This document shows, in pieces, positions 46,639 to 56,201 of a stretch of 64,000 nucleotides of DNA (position 1 is its first letter; the number at the start of each line of letters is the position of its first letter). Location: assembly GCA_035450165.1 (NCBI GenBank), contig DAOTMI010000001.1:45888-109887 (forward strand), read 5' to 3'. The stretch comes from Candidatus Woesebacteria bacterium (GTDB taxonomy: Bacteria > Patescibacteriota > Microgenomatia > UBA12405). A program made the position numbers and the translations under genes. The notes beneath the pieces were generated by a model. That model worked only from the letters and a program-made list of their open reading frames with translations, was not told where the DNA came from and did no database searches.

Positions 46639-48351
46639 TTAGACTTCAATCACCAGCGGCAGAACCATCGGCTGGCGGCCGGTCTTATCAAAAATAATCT
46701 TTTCTAAATGGGCCTGAATTTCGGTCCGAATAAACTCAAAATTAGCTGGCTTACTGGTAGTCTGTTTAAATTTATTGGCAGCCTCAATTTTAAGATATTT
46801 CATTAAATCAGGATTGTCTTTAACAAAAACGAAGCCGCGGGAAAGAATTACCGGTTCTTTAAATAATTCACCGGTTTCTTTATTGACCAATAAAACTACT
46901 GAAAACATCCCATCTTCAGCCAAAGTTTTCCGATCCCGCAAAACCGTCAAACCAACATCGCCGATACCCAAACCGTCAATCAAAACTTTCTTTAACGGCA
47001 CCCGATAGGTTAAACTGACACCGCCGGATTGACTAAAAGTAATAGCCTGATCAAATTCCGGAGTAATAATCTGTTCATCCCGATAACCCAATTTTTTAGC
47101 CATTAATTGATAACTTCTTATATGACGAAAATTACCGCCAATAGGCAGCAAATATTTTGGTTTAAGCAAATTAATTAAAATCGCTTGTTCATGCTGATAA
47201 CCATGGCCGGTGACATGAAGCTCCTCTTTTTCACTGTAGGCTACTTCGGCGCCTAATCGGGAAAGGGTATCAATTAAATTATAAATATCGGTAGTCGTCC
47301 CTGGAATATAATCAGGGGAACTAAAAATCACCCGATCAGTGTTTTTAATTTTAATCTTGTGCTTGCCCATAACTATCTTGGATAAAGCTGAATCTGGTTG
47401 AGCTGAAAAGCCGGCGACTAAAAAAAGTAATTTGTTGTCCGGGAAATTTTTATGACTTTCTAGAGGAATAATATCGCTGGGTTGTAGTTTAAGATAACCC
47501 AAATCACGGGCGATATTAATCGCCTTTTCCACCGACATTCCCACTAAAACAATTTTTCGGCCGCAACTTTTGGCAGATTCAATGGCCTGTCCCCAGCGGA
47601 CAATATTACTGGAAATAGAAGTTACCAGCACCCGGCCTTTGGCCGAGACAATCTCCCGTTTAAAATTATCCGCAATTGAACTTTCGGATGGACTGTAACC
47701 CTCATGATCAGCTCCCAAACAATCAGACAGCAAACACAAAACCTGTTGATGGCTGTTAAGACGGGCGATATGGGCTAAATCAGTTACCTGGCCATCGAGG
47801 GGAAAAAGGTCAAATTTAAAGTCAGATCCATGATAACAAATACCTAATGGTGAGTGAATAGCGAGATGAAAAGTATCGGGAATAGAATGAGTGACCCGAA
47901 CCGGCTCAATGGTAAATGGACCACAATTAATTAATTGGCCCTCGTTGTAAAGATTTAATCGGCAATGAAGATTAAACTCAGCCAGCCGGGATTCAATGAA
48001 AGCCGCCGCCAATTTAGGCGCATAAATAGGAAATTTATTGCCTAATAAATTTAAGACAAAACGAATTGCTCCAATATGATCTTCGTGACCATGGGTAATA
48101 AACATACCTAAAATACGGTCTTTTTTATCTTGGAGATAAGTCGTATCAGGAATTTGAAGATCAACCCCGAAAGTGTCCTCTTCCGGAAAACCAGTACCGC
48201 AGTCAACAATAATAATCTGACTTCGGCTAAAATCGCCTTGAGGTGCTAATTCATAGACAAACATGTTTTGGGTCACATCGCCAAAACCACCGAGGGAAAT
48301 AATTCTCAATAAATCATTTCCTTGAGAAAAAGTTTTTTGAAATTTTTTCAT
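46639..48351 (-). CDS. rnj: Ribonuclease J
   Basis: LGGFGDVTQNM, THGHEDHIGA, HSIPD, DFKFD, HVTGH, GDVGLTVLRDR. Confidence 0.93.
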   Translation of the reverse strand: MKKFQKTFSQGNDLLRIISLGGFGDVTQNMFVYELAPQGDFSRSQIIIVDCGTGFPEEDTFGVDLQIPDTTYLQDKKDRILGMFITHGHEDHIGAIRFVLNLLGNKFPIYAPKLAAAFIESRLAEFNLHCRLNLYNEGQLINCGPFTIEPVRVTHSIPDTFHLAIHSPLGICYHGSDFKFDLFPLDGQVTDLAHIARLNSHQQVLCLLSDCLGADHEGYSPSESSIADNFKREIVSAKGRVLVTSISSNIVRWGQAIESAKSCGRKIVLVGMSVEKAINIARDLGYLKLQPSDIIPLESHKNFPDNKLLFLVAGFSAQPDSALSKIVMGKHKIKIKNTDRVIFSSPDYIPGTTTDIYNLIDTLSRLGAEVAYSEKEELHVTGHGYQHEQAILINLLKPKYLLPIGGNFRHIRSYQLMAKKLGYRDEQIITPEFDQAITFSQSGGVSLTYRVPLKKVLIDGLGIGDVGLTVLRDRKTLAEDGMFSVVLLVNKETGELFKEPVILSRGFVFVKDNPDLMKYLKIEAANKFKQTTSKPANFEFIRTEIQAHLEKIIFDKTGRQPMVLPLVIEV

Positions 48352-48354
48352 AAA

Positions 48355-48930
48355 TTAATTAAAAATTAAAAAATTACCAATAGTTTGAAAATCTTCTTCT
48401 AAAGTTAATAACATGGCCCCATTTCGGAGGGCAGCTGCCGGGTGATAAACCGGAATAATTGTTAAATTCATTCCCTCCCAGGTTATTTCTTTAATTTGCC
48501 CTCTAATTCGGGAAATTAATTCGCCAGGGAAAAAATAATTCATCGCCACTCCGCCGAGAGCCACGATCAGCTTGGGTTGTAAAACTTTAAGCTGGGCTTT
48601 TAAAAAAGGCGTACAAGCTTGAATTTCTTCCGGCAAAGGATCCCGATTTAGCGGCGGCCGGTGTTTAAGAATATTACAAATAAACACATCTTTTCTTGAA
48701 ATGTCAATAGAGGCCAAAAGTTTATCAAGTAATTTACCGGCATTACCAACAAAAGGCAGGCCGCTTTTGTCTTCAAAAAAGCCGGGGGCTTCACCGACAA
48801 AAACAATTTTAGCTTCAGGATTACCCGAACCAGGAACTGGATGAGTAGCGTCCTGATAAAGATGGCATTTACGGCATTGATTTATTAGAGAAGAAATATA
48901 GGTTAATTGTTGAGATTTAGAAGCGGTCAT
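48355..48930 (-). CDS. Uracil-DNA glycosylase family 4
   Basis: CRKCHL, VFVGEAPG, PFVGNAG, RPPLNRDP, YHPAAALR. Confidence 0.93.
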   Translation of the reverse strand: MTASKSQQLTYISSLINQCRKCHLYQDATHPVPGSGNPEAKIVFVGEAPGFFEDKSGLPFVGNAGKLLDKLLASIDISRKDVFICNILKHRPPLNRDPLPEEIQACTPFLKAQLKVLQPKLIVALGGVAMNYFFPGELISRIRGQIKEITWEGMNLTIIPVYHPAAALRNGAMLLTLEEDFQTIGNFLIFN

Positions 48931-49955
48931 TGGCTAAGAAATTGCTTAATATTGGTTTCGTCGATAGTAATCGGACTGGCAGTTTGACGGGAAAAAATTA
49001 ACAAAGCCGCCCGGCGGGCAATCGCTTCCAGATTTCTCTTCAAAGTCCTAACCCCGGCGTCAAAACCCAAAGGTCGGATAATCAGCGGCCAAACAGATGG
49101 ACTAATCACCAAATCTTGACTGGTCAAACCACTTCCTGATAAAACTTTAGGTAACAAATAATCCCGGCCAATTACGGTTTTTTCTTCATCAGTATAAGCT
49201 GGCATCATTAACGGCTCCAGCCGATCTAAAACAGCTGTTGCCAACCGATTGGTGTTATTACAGGTGGCACAAAAAATCACTTGGGATAAATCAAAAGGAT
49301 AATCAAGATAACTATCGGTAAAATGATCATTTTGTTCAGGATCGAGTAATTCAACTAAAGTTCCCATAATTGAACTGAAAGCCGGATCGGCTATTCGATC
49401 AATTTCATCCAGTAAAATAACCGGATTATTAGTTTGAACTGTTTTTAAGGCTTTAATAATAGCTCCGGGTTCAGCTTCGGAATCAAAGCGGGAATGGCCT
49501 CGGAGGTAAAAAGGATCGCCTAAGCCGCCAAATGGGATCCGGACATAGTTCCGACCAAGAGCGGCGGCAATACTCTCGGCTAAAGTTGTCTTGCCGGTTC
49601 CAACTAAACCGACGAAAAGAAAAATCGGCGCCCGGGAAAAAGTTAAATTACCCCGCTGTTTCTGCAGGGCCAGCACCGAAATATATTCTAAAATGCGCTG
49701 TTTAATTTCCGTCAAGCCATAATGGTATTTATCTAATTGCTCCTTAGCATAGGTTAAATCTAAAATATCCTGACTTGATTTATGCCAAGGAAGAGTCAAA
49801 AACCAATTAACATAGCGGCTAGTTAAGGGGAAATTATGAAGATCCAATTCCGCTTCAGTTAAAACCTCTTTTAACTTTTCTTCCCCTCCAACCGGTAAAT
49901 GAGCTGCTGCCACTTTTTCCGTTAGCTGACGAACCAATTCCTTAATCTTGTCCAT
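48927..49955 (-). CDS. Lon-type AAA+ ATPase module only (no protease or N-domain)
   Basis: LPW, HYGL.EIKQRILEY, GLVGTGKTT, NPVILLDEID, LDPEQN..F.D.YL..PFDLS, GVRTLKR; ends right after the AAA lid. Confidence 0.85.
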   Translation of the reverse strand: MDKIKELVRQLTEKVAAAHLPVGGEEKLKEVLTEAELDLHNFPLTSRYVNWFLTLPWHKSSQDILDLTYAKEQLDKYHYGLTEIKQRILEYISVLALQKQRGNLTFSRAPIFLFVGLVGTGKTTLAESIAAALGRNYVRIPFGGLGDPFYLRGHSRFDSEAEPGAIIKALKTVQTNNPVILLDEIDRIADPAFSSIMGTLVELLDPEQNDHFTDSYLDYPFDLSQVIFCATCNNTNRLATAVLDRLEPLMMPAYTDEEKTVIGRDYLLPKVLSGSGLTSQDLVISPSVWPLIIRPLGFDAGVRTLKRNLEAIARRAALLIFSRQTASPITIDETNIKQFLSQ

Positions 49956-50006
49956 TATAATCAGTATACCCTACTATCCCCGCTCAGGTGATAAATTAAA
50001 TCCTGC

Positions 50007-52208
50007 TTATGGCCGCCGATTCCGTTGTGGGCGGAGGTTGGGATGAAAATGGCTAAAAGACTGGGCCTGCCTGCCAGTAGGCATAGCCTGCCTGCGATTA
50101 GGCATAGCCTCACCCTGATGGGCCGCCTTAAATTCTGGAGCTGCCAAACGAATCTGATGATTTTCATTAAAACCAGCCACTTTAACATGCAACTTATCGC
50201 CTATTTTGATAATTTTCCGCGGGTCGGAAATAAAACCCTGACTCATTTCGGAAATATGCAGTAAAGCCTCACGCCCAGGTAAAAACTCAACAAAAACTCC
50301 ATAATCCTCAACTCGGGTAACCTGGCCGTTAAATTCCTCCCCGGTTCGAATTTCCCTAACCATCGAACTTATTTCAAAAGCAGCCGCCTTCACCTTAACC
50401 TCATCAGGGCCGGCGATATAGGCTTGACCATTATCTTCAATATCGATTTGCACTCCATATTTCTCCATTAAAGCCCGGATAGTCTTACCGCCAGAACCAA
50501 TAACATCACCAATTTTATCTTCAGGAATAACTACAACTTCGATTTTAGGAGCATAGGGTGATAATTCCTGTCTCGGGGCGGGCATAGTTTTATCGATTAA
50601 ATCAAGAATCTGCAATCTGGCTTGTAAACTTCTGGTAAAAGTTTCCTTAATCATCGGCAATGTCAAACCCCGGCATTTAACATCCAATTGAATCGCGGTA
50701 ATTCCTCCGCGGGTACCGGCAATCTTAAAATCCATGTCACCATAATGATCTTCAATCCCGGCAATATCAGTCAAAAGTAAATAGTTATTTTCACTTTCGG
50801 CTACCATACCGATCGAAATACCAGCAACTTTATCTTTAATCGGCACGCCGGCGTCTAAAAGCGATAAGGTTGAACCACAGGTAGAAGCCATCGAGGAAGA
50901 CCCGTTTTGAGACAAAATCTCAGAAGTCAGCATAATCAAATAAGGGAATTCTTCTTCAGAGGGAATAACCGGCATTAAGGCCTTTTCAGCCAAAGCTCCA
51001 TGACCGATTTCCCGACGACCTGGGCGGCCAACCCGACCTGTTTCACCAGTTGAAAAAGGCATCGCCGAATAATAGTGAATATAACGCTTAGTTGTTTCAC
51101 CACTGCTATCCTGTAGATACTGTCTATCAGCCAAAGTCGACAAAGTAGTGACGGTTAAAGCCTGGGTTAAACCTCGTTGAAATAAAGCCGAACCATGGGT
51201 ACAAGGAAGAACCCCAACCGTCATTGATAACGGCCGGATTTCCTCTATGCCTCGACCGTCAAAACGCCGGCCAGCTAAAGCTCTCTGGCGAAAATACTTT
51301 TTCACAATTTGAGCCAAAGCTTCCTTTAAAATATTGGGGTTGACTTCTTCGGCTTTTATTTGGTCATCATAAAGGGCTAGAATCTTCTCTACTAATTTTT
51401 TTTCACCTTCAATATGCTTACCATCAGCACCATGATCTAAAAATTCTTCGACTTCATCTTTAATTTGACCTTCCAATTGATCAACTAATTCTTTTGTTGG
51501 CAGATATGGCTCAAAAGCTATTTTTGATTTCTGAAATGAAGCCGTAAAGTGTTTAATCTGGTCATTAATTTCTTCGCCATTATTTTTAGCCAGTTCTATT
51601 GCCTGATAAGCTAACTCATTATCAACCATTTGGGCGCCGGCTTCAATCATATTGACTCCAGCCGGGCCGGTACACACTAATAAATCTAACTCTGATTGAT
51701 TTAATTCGCTAACTGATGGAAATAATTTTAATTCATGATTAATCAGACCTACCCGAACAATTGCTACGGGTCCATCAAAAGGAATATCGGAGGCAGTCAA
51801 AGCCGCCGCCGCCGCTAAAAAGGCAGGTACTACCGGATCATGTTCCTTATCATTACTTAAAACAGTAGTAATTATCTGAACTTCATGGTGAAAACCATTG
51901 GGAAATAAAGGTCGCAAAGAACGATCAATAATCCGGCCAAAAAGAATCGCCGCATCCGAGGGTGCTCCTTCCCGTTTCATCCATTTACCGCCTTTAATAA
52001 GACCGCCGGCATATAATCTATCAGCATATTCTACCGACAAAGGAAAATAATCCTTAGTTTCGTCTAATTCTCCTAAGACTACCGTGGCTAAGACCACCGT
52101 TCCTCCCCAACGAGCTATTATTGATCCGTTAGTTTGAGGTGCTAAAATCCCGGCCTCTAGGGTAAAGTCCGCTCCCCCTAGGGAAAGCTTCATGATTTTT
52201 TTCTCCAT
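50007..52208 (-). CDS. pnp: Polyribonucleotide nucleotidyltransferase (PNPase)
   Basis: YFPLSVEY, DRSLRPLFP, RREIGHGALAE, NGSSSMAS, DHYGDMDFK, KH and S1 domains. Confidence 0.98.
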   Translation of the reverse strand: MEKKIMKLSLGGADFTLEAGILAPQTNGSIIARWGGTVVLATVVLGELDETKDYFPLSVEYADRLYAGGLIKGGKWMKREGAPSDAAILFGRIIDRSLRPLFPNGFHHEVQIITTVLSNDKEHDPVVPAFLAAAAALTASDIPFDGPVAIVRVGLINHELKLFPSVSELNQSELDLLVCTGPAGVNMIEAGAQMVDNELAYQAIELAKNNGEEINDQIKHFTASFQKSKIAFEPYLPTKELVDQLEGQIKDEVEEFLDHGADGKHIEGEKKLVEKILALYDDQIKAEEVNPNILKEALAQIVKKYFRQRALAGRRFDGRGIEEIRPLSMTVGVLPCTHGSALFQRGLTQALTVTTLSTLADRQYLQDSSGETTKRYIHYYSAMPFSTGETGRVGRPGRREIGHGALAEKALMPVIPSEEEFPYLIMLTSEILSQNGSSSMASTCGSTLSLLDAGVPIKDKVAGISIGMVAESENNYLLLTDIAGIEDHYGDMDFKIAGTRGGITAIQLDVKCRGLTLPMIKETFTRSLQARLQILDLIDKTMPAPRQELSPYAPKIEVVVIPEDKIGDVIGSGGKTIRALMEKYGVQIDIEDNGQAYIAGPDEVKVKAAAFEISSMVREIRTGEEFNGQVTRVEDYGVFVEFLPGREALLHISEMSQGFISDPRKIIKIGDKLHVKVAGFNENHQIRLAAPEFKAAHQGEAMPNRRQAMPTGRQAQSFSHFHPNLRPQRNRRP
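50065..50110. repeat. Two tandem 21-nt micro-palindrome copies in frame within the pnp 3' end
   Basis: GCCTGCCTGCCAGTAGGCATA GCCTGCCTGCGATTAGGCATA GCCT; encodes AMPNRRQAMPTGRQA. Confidence 0.85.
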
Positions 52209-52212
52209 ATTT

Positions 52213-52482
52213 TTATTTTTTCAAATCAAGTTCTTTGATTAGTTTACCGTAACGTTCGGCGGCATGAGAGGAAAGATAACGCAATAACCGGCGGCGCTTG
52301 GCTATTTTAGTTAATAAACCACGCTTAGCCGGAGTATCATGTTTATTCTCAGTCAAATGAAATTGCAGTTTTTCGATCTCTTTAGTTAAAATCGCTACTT
52401 GAATTTCAGGCGAACCGGTATCCCCTTTATTCTGGGCAAATTTTCTAATAATATCCGCTTTTTCTTCTTTGGACAAAGCCAT
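52213..52482 (-). CDS. rpsO: 30S ribosomal protein S15
   Basis: DTGSPEIQVAILT, HD...RGLL...KRRRLLRYL. Confidence 0.98.
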   Translation of the reverse strand: MALSKEEKADIIRKFAQNKGDTGSPEIQVAILTKEIEKLQFHLTENKHDTPAKRGLLTKIAKRRRLLRYLSSHAAERYGKLIKELDLKK

Positions 52483-52529
52483 AAGATAGGGCTATCTTCG
52501 GTAAATCACTAATAAAATATCTTACCGAC
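52483..52529 (-). promoter_or_regulatory. Structured 5' leader of rpsO (candidate S15 autoregulatory RNA)
   Basis: TATCAT -10 at 52530-52535; leader with UCGGUAA/UUACCGA and AAGAUA/UAUCUU stems ending at the AUG. Confidence 0.5.
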
Positions 52530-52548
52530 ATGATAGTTACAGAGGCTA

Positions 52549-52815
52549 TTATAACACACTTTTTTTTATACAGGGCCGATTGGCCCCAGTAGGAGCGAGA
52601 TAGGAATCACACTCAGCTTCGCCGTAAACCGGTTTAGTCTGACAATTGCCGCAGGACTCCAAAACAACTCTAATTTTAACTTCGGCTGGCACGGCTGGAT
52701 TCCGAAGCAATCTTAAAAAGGTTTCCTTATCCTCTTGATATTGACTAGGATGATCAAAACTCAGCCATGGCGTGAATTTTGAACATTGGCCGCAACGCAA
52801 AATTTTTTCTTTCAT
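52549..52815 (-). CDS. Small Cys-rich hypothetical protein
   Basis: CGQC...CGNC...C...C; ATGA-coupled to the upstream gene. Confidence 0.6.
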   Translation of the reverse strand: MKEKILRCGQCSKFTPWLSFDHPSQYQEDKETFLRLLRNPAVPAEVKIRVVLESCGNCQTKPVYGEAECDSYLAPTGANRPCIKKSVL

Positions 52816-53621
52816 ACAGTTGAAACGGAACTTGGCTGGAGGTTCCCAAATAAATCGCCTTTAGACTCAATTTTTTCTAAGGGAGTTACATTATCGAAAG
52901 GATTCAACTCACCCGCCGACGGATTTTCCACTTGAGTCGCCCGTAAGCAGGCAGCCCCAGCTTCAAAGGTTTCCGGAGAAACATTTACTGAAAAAGATTG
53001 GGTGGCTACCCGTAGACCAATTAACAGGTTTTTGGCCGCTTCAAATTTGAAGGGCAGAGCTAGCATCGGAATTAAAAACGCCATAATTTCAGCAAAAGGA
53101 GCATCGGGATCAATAATACTCGCCTGCGCCCATGATTTTTCCATTGGCATAGAACTAATTAAAACCCATTGGCCACGATTAACAATATCAGCCGCCTTAC
53201 CCAACTTGGTTTCATCACCCAGCATAAAATTAATATCCGCCAAAGATGATTGATTATTAATTATAATCTGATCACGCTCAATTTTAGGGGAGTTAGCTTT
53301 AGTTTTGACAACTAAATTCAGCCGGCCGCCATCCTCGTTATAAGCCACTGTTTCAATGCTTTCCTGAGGATAATCTAAGGTAATCACTAAACCGTTGGCA
53401 CTATAAACATTACTTAACAACTCCAAACCACTTAATTTGGAATAATTAGCATCAGGTTTTTGAGGACAAAAAACCTGAACAGACAAGCCAGTATCTTTTA
53501 ACGATAACGCCAAAGCTAGGGCAGAACTAACACTGTCCAAACTCAATTCCGGCACGGCGATAAAAGCACTTTTGGCACCGTCAAGTAAAACCTTAATTGA
53601 TGAAATATTATAAGTTTTCAT
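52812..53621 (-). CDS. Degenerate DHH/NrnA-like phosphoesterase
   Basis: LDSVSSALAL, AAKNLLIGL..AT.SF...VSPETFEAGA.CL; catalytic DHH motif not seen; follows infB. Confidence 0.55.
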   Translation of the reverse strand: MKTYNISSIKVLLDGAKSAFIAVPELSLDSVSSALALALSLKDTGLSVQVFCPQKPDANYSKLSGLELLSNVYSANGLVITLDYPQESIETVAYNEDGGRLNLVVKTKANSPKIERDQIIINNQSSLADINFMLGDETKLGKAADIVNRGQWVLISSMPMEKSWAQASIIDPDAPFAEIMAFLIPMLALPFKFEAAKNLLIGLRVATQSFSVNVSPETFEAGAACLRATQVENPSAGELNPFDNVTPLEKIESKGDLFGNLQPSSVSTV

Positions 53622-55003
53622 CGAGTGAACGCTAGTATACCATCTTTTACTTTGAAATCAACATAAGGTTTAAAAGTTAAACCGCATTCGTTACCGGCCT
53701 TAACTTTATCTACGGCTATTTTTCCCTGTCGAAGACTATCTATTTTGGTGTCTTTAGTAATACCGTCGGCTCTTTTAACATGAACCAAATCACCTTTAGT
53801 TAGCTCACCTTTAGTTACTTTCACCCCGGCGATCCGAGTCTTTTCAATTTTAAATTCAGCAATAATTTCACCTTCTCCCAAAACTGTCTCGTCAATCGTT
53901 GGTTCAAGCAAATGAAGAATTTTATTTTGGATATCGTCAATAATTTCATAAATAATCTTTGACTGAATCACTTTTACTTGCTCATTTTCGGCTAATTTTT
54001 GGATAAATAAGGGAAAATCAACATTGAAAGCATAAATAGCGGCCTTACCGGCACCAGCCAAAAAAACATCATTATCGTTTACGGCACCGACTCCGGCTTC
54101 CAAAATCAAGACGTCGTCAGTTAAACAGTTTCTAATTGCCTCTAGGGTTCCCTGAGTGTCAGCCTTAAGAATAATTTTTAATTTATTGGAAGCGGTAGAA
54201 TCAGCAGTCAATTTGGCCGCAGGGACAGTCGCAACCTGTTGGGGTTGTTTGGTAATTACCGAACCTACCGGCGGCACTGCTTCACAGCCCAGAATCACTA
54301 CTGGTGTTGATGGCCCTGCCGAATCAATCTTTTTCCCGTTATCATCAATTAAAGCTCGAACTTTGCCGCTAATAGAACCGGCATAAATAATATCGCCTGT
54401 CTTGACTGTTCCTTTCTCAACCACCGCTGTGGCTATCGGCCCTCGATTTTTATCCAAACAGGATTCAATCACGGCCGCCAATAAAGGAGCTTCTGGTTCT
54501 GCCTTAAGATCAAGTAAATCAGCCAGTAATTTAATAGTTTCCAGTAATTTATCGATACCCTCACCGGTTTTGGCAGAAATAGCCAGACAGGGAACATCAC
54601 CACCATATTCCTCGGGAGTAAAACCGGCTTCAATCAATTGACCTTTAACTTTATCAGGGGCAAAACCGGCCAAATCTTTCTTATTAAGAGCGACTATCAA
54701 GGGCAATTTAAATTCTTTAACCAACTTCAGGCACTCTTTGGTTTGAGCCATCACTCCCTCAGTACCGGCAATAACCAAAACAACTATATCGGTAATTTTC
54801 GCTCCTCTTGCCCGCATATTGATAAAAGCGGCATGGCCGGGAGTATCAATAAAGGTAATTCCCTTGGCTTGGTAAGCATTGATATGCTGAGTAATACCGC
54901 CAGTTTCCTTAGCACAAACATTGGTCGATCTGATCTTATCCAGCAAAGTAGTTTTGCCGTGGTCGATATGACCCATAATAGTAACAATTGGTGGACGAAA
55001 CAT
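53618..55003 (-). CDS. infB: Translation initiation factor IF-2 (no N-terminal domain)
   Basis: [44 protein letters not shown]. Confidence 0.97.
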   Translation of the reverse strand: MFRPPIVTIMGHIDHGKTTLLDKIRSTNVCAKETGGITQHINAYQAKGITFIDTPGHAAFINMRARGAKITDIVVLVIAGTEGVMAQTKECLKLVKEFKLPLIVALNKKDLAGFAPDKVKGQLIEAGFTPEEYGGDVPCLAISAKTGEGIDKLLETIKLLADLLDLKAEPEAPLLAAVIESCLDKNRGPIATAVVEKGTVKTGDIIYAGSISGKVRALIDDNGKKIDSAGPSTPVVILGCEAVPPVGSVITKQPQQVATVPAAKLTADSTASNKLKIILKADTQGTLEAIRNCLTDDVLILEAGVGAVNDNDVFLAGAGKAAIYAFNVDFPLFIQKLAENEQVKVIQSKIIYEIIDDIQNKILHLLEPTIDETVLGEGEIIAEFKIEKTRIAGVKVTKGELTKGDLVHVKRADGITKDTKIDSLRQGKIAVDKVKAGNECGLTFKPYVDFKVKDGILAFTR

Positions 55004-55025
55004 AAAATAAATTTATAATTTCTAA

Positions 55026-56024
55026 TTAACTTTGGGTCTCTTTTCTAGCGGCGATTTTGATTTCCAAACCGGTCAAAACGCCGGCTAAACGGACATTTTC
55101 GCCGCCGCCGCCAATAGCTAGAGCTAACTGATCCTCCGGCACCGTAACCTGAGCTATGCCGTTCTCAATAGCTTCAACCCGAACACCATTGGCAGGAGAA
55201 AGGGCAGCAATAATAAATTGATTTAAATTTTTAGAGAAAAGAATTACATCAACTTTTTCTTCTGCCGGCAGTTCATTTAAAACCGATTGAATCCGGCTGC
55301 CTTTTTGACCGATGCAAGAGCCAACCGGATCAACACCGGGTTGACTGGAAGCCACCGCTACTTTAGTCCGCTCTCCGGGTGTCCGAGCAATCTTTTCAAC
55401 CCTAACGACCCGGTTACTTACTTCCGGCACTTCTCGGGCAAATAGTTCCTTAATGAAATTGTTATCTCGGCGGGAAAGGATCACCTCACTCTGACCAGTG
55501 ATTTCATCCCGAAAAATTTCTTTGATCAAAAATAATTTCTTAGCTCCTAAGGGAAGATTTTCCCCTTTAATTTGTTCGTCTTTAGGACAAATTGCTTCTG
55601 TCTTCCCAACGCCAATTACCAGTTTACTGGGATCAGATCGGAAAACCACCCCTGTTACCAAACTCCCTACTTTTTTCTGAAACTCAGCAATAATTACCTC
55701 TTTTTCCGCCTCATAAATTTTTTGGTCAATAACCTGTTTAGCAGTTTGGGCGGCAATTCGGCCAAAATCAGGCGGTGTTACCTCAAGTCTTTTGTCTCCT
55801 TCAATTTTAAAAACTTTAAATAAACCCGATTCCGGCGATAAATCAACCTCAAACTGATCCTCGTCGGGAATAACGATACCATGCTCCCTCTGATTTCGTT
55901 TGTAGGCAGAAATCAAACCGGCTTCAATTGAGTCTAAAATCAACTGGGGATCAATATTCCGCTCCCCGGCAATTTGAGCCACCGCTTGGGCAAATTCGGT
56001 TTTAGGTAACCTTTTAAGATCCAT
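55026..56024 (-). CDS. nusA: Transcription termination/antitermination factor NusA
   Basis: FGRIAAQTAKQVI, EVPE, ARTPGERTKVAV, DPVGSCIG, LAIGGGGENVRLA. Confidence 0.97.
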   Translation of the reverse strand: MDLKRLPKTEFAQAVAQIAGERNIDPQLILDSIEAGLISAYKRNQREHGIVIPDEDQFEVDLSPESGLFKVFKIEGDKRLEVTPPDFGRIAAQTAKQVIDQKIYEAEKEVIIAEFQKKVGSLVTGVVFRSDPSKLVIGVGKTEAICPKDEQIKGENLPLGAKKLFLIKEIFRDEITGQSEVILSRRDNNFIKELFAREVPEVSNRVVRVEKIARTPGERTKVAVASSQPGVDPVGSCIGQKGSRIQSVLNELPAEEKVDVILFSKNLNQFIIAALSPANGVRVEAIENGIAQVTVPEDQLALAIGGGGENVRLAGVLTGLEIKIAARKETQS

Positions 56025-56034
56025 AATTTTTTCT

Positions 56035-56062
56035 AAAAAAAATGGGGACCCACTATCCCCAT
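56035..56062 (-). terminator. Terminator-like hairpin in the nusA leader (candidate attenuator)
   Basis: mRNA AUGGGGA-UAGUGGG-UCCCCAU followed by a U-run, ~10 nt before the AUG. Confidence 0.65.
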
Positions 56063-56101
56063 CTCTTTGAGCTTAATTTAAACTAAACTTAACTTTGGGT
56101 A

Positions 56102-56110
56102 ATTATAGCA
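56102..56110 (-). promoter_or_regulatory. Extended -10 promoter of the nusA operon
   Basis: Minus strand TGcTATAAT. Confidence 0.6.
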
Positions 56111-56147
56111 TGAAAAAGCCTTGGGGAAAAATCACAATTCAAATTAA

Positions 56148-56183
56148 ATCCCCCTCTAATCCCCCTTTGACAAAAGGGGGGAT
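56148..56183. repeat. REP-like hairpin CCCCCTCTAATCCCCCTTTGACAAAAGGGGGGA
   Basis: TCCCCCTTT/AAAGGGGGGA stem preceded by a partial direct repeat. Confidence 0.65.
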
Positions 56184-56201
56184 ATTAAGCAGTGGTGTTA
56201 A

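Noticed and set aside
17268-50110. Possible CRISPR arrays in the tandem repeats (17268, 46014, 50065)
   Set aside because: Units are 7-21 bp with no unique spacers, and no cas genes are present.
49961-50264. ORFs 49961..50188 and 50025..50264
   Set aside because: Alternative-frame or antisense readings of the pnp 3' end across the palindrome repeats.
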